From Micrococcales bacterium (GTDB lineage: Bacteria > Actinomycetota > Actinomycetes > S36-B12 > UBA10799), in assembly GCA_016703125.1 (NCBI GenBank), contig JADJCR010000008.1, positions 113,396-177,395 on the forward strand: a stretch of 64,000 nucleotides of DNA, written 5' to 3'. Numbering within the stretch: the stretch's first letter is position 1; every line of letters starts with the position of its first letter. The notes below the pieces were generated by a model, which was not told where the DNA came from, made no database searches, and saw nothing but the letters and a program-made list of their open reading frames with translations. Position numbers and translations under genes: made by a program. Positions 38,606-47,809 of the stretch are shown in pieces.

Positions 38606-40659
38606 ATGGCGGAGTCAACCGAGACTGCCTCGGTGGCGATCCAGGCGGTGCTCGCCGCGATGGCCGGCCCGGAGGCGTTACCGCGCCCTGGTCAGGTGGA
38701 TGCGGTGTCCGCGCTGCTCGGCGGCGCCCAGCGGGTCCTCGTCGTCCAGGCCACCGGGTGGGGGAAGTCGGCGGTGTACTGGGCGGCCACGTTGGCGCGT
38801 CGCGATGCTGGCGCCGGGCCGACGATCGTCGTCTCGCCGCTGTTGGCGCTGATGCGCGACCAGGTGAAGGCCGCCGAAAGCATCGGCATCCAGGCCGCCA
38901 CCGTGAACTCGTCGAACAAGAGCGAGTGGGACGTGGTGTTCGATCGGCTCGACCGCGACGAGATCGACGTGTTGCTCGTGTCGCCGGAGCGGCTGTCCCA
39001 CCCGCAGTTCCAGGAACGCGCGATGCCGGTCCTGAAGTCGAGTGGGTTGCTCGTCATCGATGAGGCTCACTGCATCTCCGACTGGGGGTTCGACTTCCGC
39101 CCGGACTACCAGCGGATCGCGCGCCTGCTGCTCGAACTGGAGTCGGACACCCCGGTGCTTGCGACGACCGCCACCGCGACCTCCCGGGTGGTGGCCGACC
39201 TTGCCGAGCAACTCGGTCCGACGACGACCGTCATCCGCGGTCCTTTGGCCCGGAAGTCCCTGCAGTTGGCGGTGATCCCCCACTTGAACTACGGCCGTCG
39301 CTTCGCGTGGGTCGACGAGTTCCTCGCGCAGTCCCAGGGGTCCGGCATCATCTACGGACTGACCGTTCCGGTGGTGGAACAGTTGGCCGCGTTCCTTCAG
39401 GAACAGGGCCACGATGTCGAGCCCTACACCGGTAAGACACCGCCTGATGTGCGCGAGCAGATCGAGGCGCGGCTGCGGGCCAATTCGCTCAAGGCTGTCG
39501 TAGCGACGTCGGCGCTGGGGATGGGCTACGACAAGCCCGACCTGGCGTTCTGCATCCACGTGGGATCACCGGACTCGCCGGTCTCGTACTACCAGCAGGT
39601 GGGCCGCGCCGGCCGGGCTCGACAGTGCGGTGGGCGTGCTGCTGCCCGCCGGTGAGACCGACCAGCAGGTGTGGGACTGGTTCGCCACGGCCACGCTGCC
39701 GGACCCCGAGATGGCAGACCGGCTCCTGGAACTGCTGCGCCAACAGCCCCTGAAGACGACCGAGTTGGTCGATGCCCTGGCCCGCTCGAAAAGCAAGGTC
39801 GAGGTGCTGCTCAAGCAGTTGCGCGTCGACGGTGTCGTGGATGTGCAGGGCGGGCGGTGGATGGTCACCGGCAAGCGGTGGAGTTTCGACACCGACAAGT
39901 ACGACCGCCTCGTGGATGTGCGCCGCCATGAAGCCGGGATCATGTCGTCGTACGCCTCCGGTGCGCAGTGCCTGATGCAGTTGCTCACCACGGCGCTGGA
40001 CGATCCTGCCTCCCAACCGTGCGGACGGTGCTCGGTGTGCACAGGTGAGTTGCCCCCATCCGGGCCGGACACCGGACCCAGCACGCGTTGAGCGGGTGTA
40101 CGAGTCACTGCGCCGGCGCCCGGTGCGGATCACCCCGCGGAAGTTGTGGCCCTCGGGGTCCGGCCGATTGGGCAAGATCTCGGGCATCGCCACGGGCCGG
40201 GCGGTCACCGGCATGGACGGCGGAGTTTTTCCGGAGTTGTTGGACGAGGTGTTCGGCCCCGATGCTCCGCTGTCCGAGGAACTTCGGGCCGCATTCGGTC
40301 AACTACTGGCCCGGTGGCGCCGGGAGGACATGCCGCCCGTGACCGCTATCGTTCCCATCCCCAGTGCCAGCCACCCGGTGCGGGTGCAGGAACTGGCGGA
40401 ACTCGCGTCGGGGCAGTTGGGTCTGCCGGTCGTTGAGGTGTTCAAGCGGCCCGCCCAGGTGGCGGAGCACGTCGAGGGATCCGGTCGACTACGGCAAGTG
40501 ACCGGTCGCCTGGAACTGCAGCAGTCCCACGGGATCGGTGGAACGGTGCTGCTGGTCGATGAGTACAGCCGCAGCAAGTGGACGCTGACGCAGGCGGCTG
40601 TTGAACTGGTCGGCATCGGGGTGGACGAGGTCGTTCCGCTGGTGGTTGTCGGGGTGTGA
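38606..40659 (+). pseudogene. RecQ-family DNA helicase with a C-terminal phosphoribosyltransferase-like (ComF-type) domain, two frameshifts as assembled
   Basis: Motif I QATGWGKSAVY, DEAH box VIDEAHCISDWGFDFRPDY, ATTATAT, YYQQVGRAGR. The frame breaks near 39613-39617 and 40050-40085. The C-terminal piece (ORF 40045..40659) has IVPIPSASHPVRV and TVLLVDEYSRSKWTL, which look PRTase-like. Confidence 0.75.
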
Positions 40660-40666
40660 CCACCGG

Positions 40667-40783
40667 CTATCCCTCGAGGATGGCTTGGATGGCAACAGCA
40701 TCGACCGGCGATTCGTGTGCCAGGGTGTTCCAGACGATAACGGGGTCCACGACCTCGTACTTGTGAGCGATGAGGTTGCGCAT
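40667..40783 (-). pseudogene. C-terminal stub of a HepT (DUF86) type toxin
   Basis: MRNLIAHKYEVVDPVIVWNTLAHESPVDAVAIQAILEG keeps the Rx4HxY motif (RNLIAHKY). The upstream 35 codons of the ORF are low-complexity, and the N-terminal half of the fold is missing. Confidence 0.5.
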
Positions 40784-40796
40784 ACCCCCGTCGTGA

Positions 40797-41048
40797 TCAG
40801 TAGTCGAAGCGTGCGAAGTCCCGGTACGGGCGGTCGTAGCCCGAGTCGAAGCACGGGCACCAGTCGTCTCGTTGCTGGTCTTTGTCATGCCAACTCACCA
40901 GGGTTACCGGCGTGCTGGGTGGCAGTTCCATGAGGGGCAGCGTCGCCTCGAGTCGCCGCTGCACCACGTGGTGACCCTCAGCGTCAGGGTCCTGGTAGAA
41001 CACCGGGCCGGTCGGTCCGACGATGAGGTTGGGGTCATGGGTCCACAT
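40797..41048 (-). CDS. Hypothetical 83-aa protein
   Basis: MWTHDPNLIVGPTGPVFYQDPDAEGHH... has G/C-rich third positions. No recognisable motif. Confidence 0.35.
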   Translation of the reverse strand: MWTHDPNLIVGPTGPVFYQDPDAEGHHVVQRRLEATLPLMELPPSTPVTLVSWHDKDQQRDDWCPCFDSGYDRPYRDFARFDY

Positions 41049-41059
41049 CTTGAATCTCG

Positions 41060-41203
41060 TGACGGACTTCGGCGTGCTCGACCTGACTTTCTCGCCTGCT
41101 CATCAGGGTCGCTTCCCTGGACGACATCATCGAGTCCAAGCGTGACAAGGATCTCCGGGCGCTGCCCTACCTCGAGTCACTACGAGACGTGCGCGATTCC
41201 TAG
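41060..41203 (+). pseudogene. Possible C-terminal stub of a small nucleotidyltransferase-fold (MNT-like) protein
   Basis: ...IRVASLDDIIESKRDKDLRALPYLESLRDVRDS* resembles the V.VASLEDLI.MK...KDL.DL..L tail of such proteins. No start codon or body. Its TAG shares the CCTAGG at 41199-41204 with the jetD stop. Confidence 0.25.
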
Positions 41204-42355
41204 GTTGTCCCCGCGACCCGCGCCACCTCATCGCGCACCTCGCTGAACCGGATCCGCTCCTGCTCCAGCCGCACATGGTCGCCGTACACGTTCTGCCGCA
41301 ACGCGTCGTAGAGGGCCTGCTCATCGGGGAGCAATTGGGGCAGTTCGCGGGTGATCTGGGTCTTCTCGCTCACCCACATCTCGCGGTGCGCCTGCAACGT
41401 GGCCAGGTCCATGAGGATGCTTTGCGTGTGCGGGAGGTGGGCGCGGAACCGGTCGAGGATCGCCAGGCCGTGGGTGTCGAGGTCGCCGGTGTAGACGACC
41501 CGCCGCGCGGACAGGCCCGCCAGGAGTTCGGGTGCCTCGTTGCCCGCACCGAAGACCACTAGCGCGTCCGGGGCTGGTGGGAACGCCAGGAAGTTGGTGA
41601 GGTTCTCGGTGACGAACACGGTGTGCGCCGGGGGACACAGGCGCAGGAAGTCCGGCGCTGGCAGGGCCATGTCCCGCACGCCCGGCAGGAGGCACAGGGC
41701 GTCGTCGAGGACCCGGAAGCGCACGGTCGCCGGCGCGGTGAGGAAGCCGTAGCGCCGCTCGAACCAACCGGGTCCGGCCGTGGCGCGGCCGGGGACCAGA
41801 TCGCCGAGGACGCGCTTGTGCTGCTCCATGATCTTCGTGTGCACGCCGGGGATGTCCGTCTGGCGCAGGTAGATGCGGGGTCGGGGTGGGCGTGCAGCCA
41901 GGCTGCGGCCGACTGGATGGCAGCCCAGTCGTCGCCGATCTCGAGCAGGTGCAGGGGATGCCGGGCAGCCCAGTCCAGGTTCTGCGGGGCCGTCGCAGCG
42001 ATGAGTTGGTCGAAGCGCGCCGCCTGCCGGGTCCGCCGGATCAGGGTCAGCGCGTCCTGCGCGGTGTCGATCCACACCGCGACCGGCAGCGACTGCGTGC
42101 CCAGGACGCGATGGCCGATCGCTTGGGTCTCGATGCGCAGATCGGTGGCCCGCATGAGGGTCGCCGCCCAGTCCCGCACTGCCTCCCAGTCCCGGGAGAG
42201 GTCGGCCGCCCGGGGCCGCCGAAGGGGGATGCGCAGCGGGAACTCGACGCCGGTGTGCCCCGGGACCCGGCCCTGCAGCAGGCGGCCGGATTCCCACTGT
42301 TTGAGGAGGATCCGTGGATGTCCGCGGGGGTGGTCCAGGTCAGGGACCCTGCCAC
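41200..42355 (-). pseudogene. jetD: Wadjet JetD (DUF3322 plus DUF2220/Toprim), two frameshifts as assembled
   Basis: Three frames. The GTG start ..LTWTTPADI is in the frame of ORF 42047..42475. RILLKQWESGRLL...FPLRIPLRRP...WLHAHP is in ORF 41559..42737. PRIYLRQTDIPGVHTK...VFVTENLTNFLAF...YTGDLDTHGLAILDRFR is in ORF 41200..42297. The length, 1156 nt, is not a multiple of 3. Confidence 0.8.
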
Positions 42356-45300
42356 GGGTGCCTGCCTTCGCGGTACTGCTCGATCGTGAGGTTGCGCAGC
42401 TTCGGAGGTGACGCCGCCCTCGTTGGGTGAAGCCGACGGGGCGACGTACGGCTCGATGATGTGGATCTTCTGCATCGGGTGACGACCAATAGTTGCAGGT
42501 CCAGTCGCCGGAACAGTTCCAAGCCGAACCGCGCGGACTCGTCGGAACCGCGGCCGAACGCCTCGTCGATGACCACGAACCGGAAGCTACGGGTCTGCCG
42601 GCCGCTGACCAGGCCGAACTGATAGGCGAGGCTCGCCGCCAGGATCGTGTAGGCCAGTTTCTCCTTCTGGCCGCCGGACTTGCCTCCGGAGTCCGCGTAG
42701 TGCTCGTGTTCGGAGTCGTCGGCGCTGAGCCGCTCACTGGCGGCGAAGGTGAACCAGTTGCGCACGTCGGTCACCTTCGCGGTCCACCGCTTGTCCTCCG
42801 CGGTGCGGCCCTCCCGGCCCTGTAGCCGGCTGACGATGTCCTTGACCTGCAGGAACTTCTGCTCGGAGTAGTGGTCGTCGGCAGACCCAGTGACGGTGTC
42901 CTCGGTACAGGCGCGCAACTGCTGGCGGAACTCCCGGACGTCGGCGTCGGTGGAACCGGTCGGCTCCAGGCGGATGTAGGTGTGCGGCTGGTACGGGATG
43001 TCGCGCAGGGACGTGTTGATGTCGCCGATGCGGCGCTTGATGTCCTCCCGGGCCACCTCCAGCGCGGTGCGGAACCCGACCACCTCCCGGATGGCGTGGG
43101 TGTTCAAGGCGCGCTTGAACGCGTCCTCGAAGCGGGGCAGGTCATCGTCGAGGAGCCGCTGCAACAACTCGCGGTACTCGTGGCCGGCCTCCACCGCGGT
43201 GTCCATGTCCTGGGTCTGCAGTGGCCACCGGTTCCGGAACTCGCCCATCGCCGCCACGATCGAGGTGTTGAGGCGCTTGGCCCGCTCGTCGAGCCGGTCG
43301 ATGGTGGTCTGCAACTCGAGGCGGATCGTGCGCTCGGCGCTTTCGCAGGTCCGCACCTGCAGGTTCTCCGGCTCGAACGGCTGCACCAGCCCGCGCTGCT
43401 CGGGTGTCGCCAACGGCTGCTGCGTCAGTTCCTCGAGGTCCTGTTCGTCCTGTCCGATCCGGTCGACCAGTACCGCGTCCTGCGTTTCGAGTTCGATGCG
43501 TGCGGCCTCCAGGGAACGCAACTCGGTCAGAACCTGTTCGAGCCGCTGGTTGAGGTGCTTGAGGGTGTCGTTGGACTCCCGAAGAAGCGCCAACTGCTGG
43601 CGCACGGTCTCCAAGCGGGCCGCGTCGTTCTGCCAGTCCAGCGAGGACCACGCGCGGCGCTGCATCAGCACGGCGATCTGCTGGGCGCGCACGTCCAGGG
43701 AGCGCTGATGGGCGCGGATCCCCTCCTGCTCGTGCGCCTGCCGGTCCACCAGCGCCGCCGCCTCGGAACGCTGCCGCTCCATCGTCTTGCGCTTGGCGGT
43801 GTTGTCCCAACCGAGGACGTACCAGCGGCGATCACCCAGGCGCCGCCGGTCGTCCTTCTCGTGGCGCTCCCCGCCACCCTTGATCTGACCGTTGCGGGTC
43901 AGCGCCCGCCGCTCGATGCGGAACTCGTCGGGGGAGGTCGCGCACACTACGTCGAAGCGCTTCTGGACCTCCGCGCCGAGCCAGTCGCTGAACACCGTGC
44001 CCGGGCGCACCTCGAGCTTGTGGACCAGCGAGCGCGGGTCGGTGACCGCCGGCACCCGCACGCCCTCGCGGACCCGGTAGTAGACCAGGCGTCCGCGCAG
44101 GTCGGTCTGGTCCACCCACCCGGCCACGGCCGCGTAGTCCTCGTCGCGCACCAGCAGCGACAGGGCGAAGCCGCGCAGCAGGCGCTCGGCGGCCGGCTCC
44201 CACGACTCGTCGGAGACCCGTAGCAGCTCTCCGGCGAATGGCACGTCCGCCGGCTCCAGCCCGGTCCCCTCGCACAGCCGGGCGCGCAGGAGGATCATCG
44301 TCTGGTCGATGCTGCTGCTGCGGTCGGCCAGGCCCTTGAGCTCGGTCTCGATCTCGTCGAGCCGGGTCCGCGCGTCGCGCAGGGTCACCGACTGCTCCGT
44401 GGCGGAGTTCTCCAAGCGGTCACGCTCCGCGGTGAGTTCTCCGCTGAGGGCGGCGAGCTCCTGCTGCTGGTGGACCAGCGACTGCTCGTCGGTGGCCGGT
44501 GCCACTCCGACCTGCTGGCACAAGCCCACGTAGTGCGTGTGCGCCTCCCGTTTGGCGTCCCGGCCGGCTGTCAGGTCGGCGATGTCGGACTGGAGTTGCT
44601 CCTGCCGCTCGCCGCCGTTCTCCCGGATCGCCGCGTGCAGTTCCTGCTCCTCGCGCTGCGCGCAGCGCACGCTCTGCTCGGCGGCGGCCTTGCGGTTCAG
44701 CAGTCCCTCCCGCTCGCCCTGCCGGCGGGCGATGCGCTCAGTCAGCAACTCGGTCCGGCGCAAGGCGAAGTAAGGGGACAGCGCGTCGCGGACCGCCCGG
44801 GTCTGCTCGGCCTGCGTGGCCACCGTGTCGTGGTCGTCGAGCCTGGCCGCCAGCGGGGTCAGCGCGTCGACCTGCTGCCGGGCGTCGACCACGAGGTCGT
44901 GAGCGCGGTTCAGGTCCTGGAAATGCTTGATCAGCGCCTCGATGCGGGCATCGACGTCGGCGGGTTCGAGCATGTGGGTGCGGACGAACTCGGTCAGATT
45001 CCCTACCGACTTCATCGACACCGTCTGGTGGAACAGTTCCAATGCCTGCGGGTGAGTGATCCCCAGGCGGCGCCGGAAGTCGGCGCTGTACTTGCTGAAA
45101 CTGTCGTGCATCGTCGTGTCCCGCTCGCGCAGGTGCCGGCGCAGGTTGGACAGATCGCTGCCCACGTCCCGGAAGTCCCCAGTGATGCTCAGCGCCGTGC
45201 CCGACACCGCGTAGATGCGTGACGGCTGGTCGGCACGGTCCTTGAACCAGAAGACCTGCGCGACGGTGACGGTCTCCTGCAGGGCGGTGTTGGCGAACCG

Positions 45301-45657
45301 GGCGAGCAGCACGCTGTAATTCCCGGTGCCACGCAGCGCCACGGGTTTGGCGACGCCGCTGGACTCGGTGCGCTCGGCCTTGAAGTGGCCAAGGACGTAC
45401 GACGAGGTCGTCCGCTCTCGGTACTCCGCGCCGGCGGCCTTGTTGTACGAGACCTTCCCCGGCGGCACCAGCAGGGTAGTGATGGCGTCGACCAGAGTGG
45501 ACTTGCCCGAGCCGATGTCACCGGTGAGCAGGGTGTTGTCCCCGTCGAGGTCGAGAGTCCAGACCCGCTCGTTGAACGTGCCCCAATTGAAGATCTCGAG
45601 GCGTTGCAGGCGGAAGCCCGTTGTGGCCGCGTCGTACAGGTCGAGTTCGAGTGTCAT
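42340..45657 (-). CDS. jetC: Wadjet JetC (SMC-like ABC ATPase); the last ~60 codons show frame discontinuities
   Basis: MTLELDLYDAATTGFRLQRLEIFNWGTF, Walker A GDIGSGKSTLVDAI, long coiled coils, signature SGGQKEKLAYTILAA, Walker B FVVIDEAF. After LQLLVVT the expected P.QKIHIIEPYV is in another frame (ORF 42047..42475). KLRNLTIEQYREG returns to the main frame. Confidence 0.85.
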   Translation of the reverse strand: MTLELDLYDAATTGFRLQRLEIFNWGTFNERVWTLDLDGDNTLLTGDIGSGKSTLVDAITTLLVPPGKVSYNKAAGAEYRERTTSSYVLGHFKAERTESSGVAKPVALRGTGNYSVLLARFANTALQETVTVAQVFWFKDRADQPSRIYAVSGTALSITGDFRDVGSDLSNLRRHLRERDTTMHDSFSKYSADFRRRLGITHPQALELFHQTVSMKSVGNLTEFVRTHMLEPADVDARIEALIKHFQDLNRAHDLVVDARQQVDALTPLAARLDDHDTVATQAEQTRAVRDALSPYFALRRTELLTERIARRQGEREGLLNRKAAAEQSVRCAQREEQELHAAIRENGGERQEQLQSDIADLTAGRDAKREAHTHYVGLCQQVGVAPATDEQSLVHQQQELAALSGELTAERDRLENSATEQSVTLRDARTRLDEIETELKGLADRSSSIDQTMILLRARLCEGTGLEPADVPFAGELLRVSDESWEPAAERLLRGFALSLLVRDEDYAAVAGWVDQTDLRGRLVYYRVREGVRVPAVTDPRSLVHKLEVRPGTVFSDWLGAEVQKRFDVVCATSPDEFRIERRALTRNGQIKGGGERHEKDDRRRLGDRRWYVLGWDNTAKRKTMERQRSEAAALVDRQAHEQEGIRAHQRSLDVRAQQIAVLMQRRAWSSLDWQNDAARLETVRQQLALLRESNDTLKHLNQRLEQVLTELRSLEAARIELETQDAVLVDRIGQDEQDLEELTQQPLATPEQRGLVQPFEPENLQVRTCESAERTIRLELQTTIDRLDERAKRLNTSIVAAMGEFRNRWPLQTQDMDTAVEAGHEYRELLQRLLDDDLPRFEDAFKRALNTHAIREVVGFRTALEVAREDIKRRIGDINTSLRDIPYQPHTYIRLEPTGSTDADVREFRQQLRACTEDTVTGSADDHYSEQKFLQVKDIVSRLQGREGRTAEDKRWTAKVTDVRNWFTFAASERLSADDSEHEHYADSGGKSGGQKEKLAYTILAASLAYQFGLVSGRQTRSFRFVVIDEAFGRGSDESARFGLELFRRLDLQLLVVTRCRRSTSSSRTSPRRLHPTRAASPPKLRNLTIEQYREGRHPWQGP

Positions 45658-46226
45658 GCCCGGCTCCCCGCGACGAGGTACTGCTGCAACTGCTCGTGGA
45701 AGTCCGCCAGCCACTGGGCGTCGACGAAGGCCTTGATGATACGGCGCACCTCGTAGGTGTGGGGCTGGTCGCGCAGGGAACGGGTGAACCCCAGTTCGGC
45801 GAGCTTGCGCAGATCAGCCTCCACCTCGTCGGCCAGTTTCGCCTCGTTGGAACGTGCCGGGTGGTAGGTGCGGACCAGTTCCACGGCCTCGTCCCGGGTG
45901 ATGATCAAGCGGGTCTGGTCGCCTTGGCCGTCCAACTCCAGCAGTCGTCGGCGCAGCAGCACGATCAGCAGGCTCACCCGGTAGGTCAGCGGCCGGCGGG
46001 AGACGAGCCGCGGCAGGTCGGGTCCGTCCGGATCGGCGGGTGCGTTGCGAAGGAAGGCGTAGCCCTCGGACTCGTCGATCATCACCTCGACGCCGAGCGC
46101 CGACAGGTGGTCGCGCACCTGGTTGGGGATGGTCAGCAGGGCGTTCCACGCAGCCGGGTGCGAGTCGGCGTAGACGACCCCTTTGAGCAGCGGCACGGCC
46201 GCCTCGGCGATCCTCGGCTCATCCAT
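45654..46226 (-). CDS. jetB: Wadjet JetB (DUF4194)
   Basis: 190 aa, LLKGVVYADSHPAAWNALL...GVEVMIDESEGYAFLRN. Overlaps the jetA stop and the jetC start. Confidence 0.85.
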   Translation of the reverse strand: MDEPRIAEAAVPLLKGVVYADSHPAAWNALLTIPNQVRDHLSALGVEVMIDESEGYAFLRNAPADPDGPDLPRLVSRRPLTYRVSLLIVLLRRRLLELDGQGDQTRLIITRDEAVELVRTYHPARSNEAKLADEVEADLRKLAELGFTRSLRDQPHTYEVRRIIKAFVDAQWLADFHEQLQQYLVAGSRA

Positions 46227-47655
46227 CGGCGTTCCTCACGAAGATCACGGTGGGAATGTCCGCCGCCACCTGCCGGTCGTCTGCTGTCCAGGAGATTGTC
46301 TCGGTGCCGTCGTCGACAAAGGCACCCCGCGGGTCGTCGTCGGCGAGTTTGAGGTAGTTGACCAGTTCGGCCAGGCCCTGCGGCAGCCCGTGGGTCTCGA
46401 TCACCCCGCGCAGCGTCACCTGGTCGGCGTCCTGCAGCGATTCGTCGATCGCGCTGCGCAACCGCGTCGTGTCGACCATGAAGTAGTTGAACAGGGCGTC
46501 GAGCTCGACCTCGTCGTCGGCCTCGACCACCTCCACCTCCGCCAAGTGCACGGGGTCAGAGGCGTCGTGCAGGGGCCTGGACATGGGCATCGACACGTCC
46601 GCGCGCACTCCGGGGATCTCTGCGAACGCCCCCGGAGGGTGGCCGTCCCGGACGTTCAGCGCAGCCGCTTCGATCTCCCTGATGAGTTCGGCGATGCGGC
46701 GGTTCTGCAGGTAGGCCTGGTCGTCGAGGAAGCGCCGCAACTGCCGGGACAGGTGCGCGACGGTGCGCTGCACGGCGTCACCGGCCTTCAACCAGTCGCT
46801 GACCACGTAACGCATCTGCTGGTCGGCGCCGTTCAGGGCGGGTTGGGCCAGGACGGATTCCAGCATGCGGTCGAAGTCGTCCTGCCTTTGCGAGGACATC
46901 AGGAAGTTCCAGAACGCCGCGAAGCTCACGCCCTGGTCAGAGTCGGCGATCGCGTCGCGCTCCCCGAGTACCTGATCCAGCAGTTGCCCACGCGGACCCT
47001 GCCAAGCGGCGATCTTCTCCCGAACGGTGCGGTCCAGCATGCGAAAGTTCTCCTCGACCTCCCTGAAGTCGCTGAGGAGGGCGCGCGCGGTCGCGGTGAA
47101 CTGCTGGTAGCGGTCACGCAGGCCGGTGTCATCCAGCATCTGGATCTCACCGGCGCGAATCCGCTCGATCTCCGCGTCGATCGCGTCGCGGCGCTGCTCG
47201 AGGGCCCGGATGCGCTCGGCCGGATCGGCCTGCGTGCCCTCGACCATCTGCTCCAGCAGCGCGTACATCGTCATCAGGCGCGACTCGGTTCCGACGAATG
47301 ACCGCTCGCCCAGCGACCCGAGCCACGCCAGCGCCTTCTCCGCCGCCGGGGTCAGGTCGAAGTGGGGCACGTCGGAGTTCTCCGGATAGAACTTGCGCAG
47401 CCAGCCGCGCTCAGGCGCCGACCAGTCCGCGAGGTAGGCCAGTGCGTCCTTCGGGTACGCGCCGGGGTCCTCCAGTCGGAGCCGGTGCAGGTCGTCGTCG
47501 AGCGCCTCGGCCAGTGCGGTCCGGGAGATGGTGCGGGCGTTCTCCGCCACGAAGATGCGGTGCAGGACGGTCGCGACCAGGGGGGCGTTGTCCGCCCTCA
47601 GCAGTTGCCAGGCAGGGTGGTGCTGGCGCAGTGCCACGAGGCCGTCGTGGTCCAT
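46219..47655 (-). CDS. jetA: Wadjet JetA (DUF3375)
   Basis: Start taken at MDHDGLVALRQHHPAWQLLRADNAPL. YLADWSAPERGWLRKFYPENSD...GTESRLMTMYALLEQM. Confidence 0.85.
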   Translation of the reverse strand: MDHDGLVALRQHHPAWQLLRADNAPLVATVLHRIFVAENARTISRTALAEALDDDLHRLRLEDPGAYPKDALAYLADWSAPERGWLRKFYPENSDVPHFDLTPAAEKALAWLGSLGERSFVGTESRLMTMYALLEQMVEGTQADPAERIRALEQRRDAIDAEIERIRAGEIQMLDDTGLRDRYQQFTATARALLSDFREVEENFRMLDRTVREKIAAWQGPRGQLLDQVLGERDAIADSDQGVSFAAFWNFLMSSQRQDDFDRMLESVLAQPALNGADQQMRYVVSDWLKAGDAVQRTVAHLSRQLRRFLDDQAYLQNRRIAELIREIEAAALNVRDGHPPGAFAEIPGVRADVSMPMSRPLHDASDPVHLAEVEVVEADDEVELDALFNYFMVDTTRLRSAIDESLQDADQVTLRGVIETHGLPQGLAELVNYLKLADDDPRGAFVDDGTETISWTADDRQVAADIPTVIFVRNADG

Positions 47656-47809
47656 CGGCACCCCCTTCGGAACCGTTTGAACGACCGTAACCGACGGGTG
47701 CGACAGGATCGGGGAAGGGACCGGGGGTGGTGTGGGCAGGGCACGGCTCTTGCGTCGCAGCACACCGGAGATGTCAGACCCGGATTGCACAATGACGTGG
47801 GGAGGTCAG

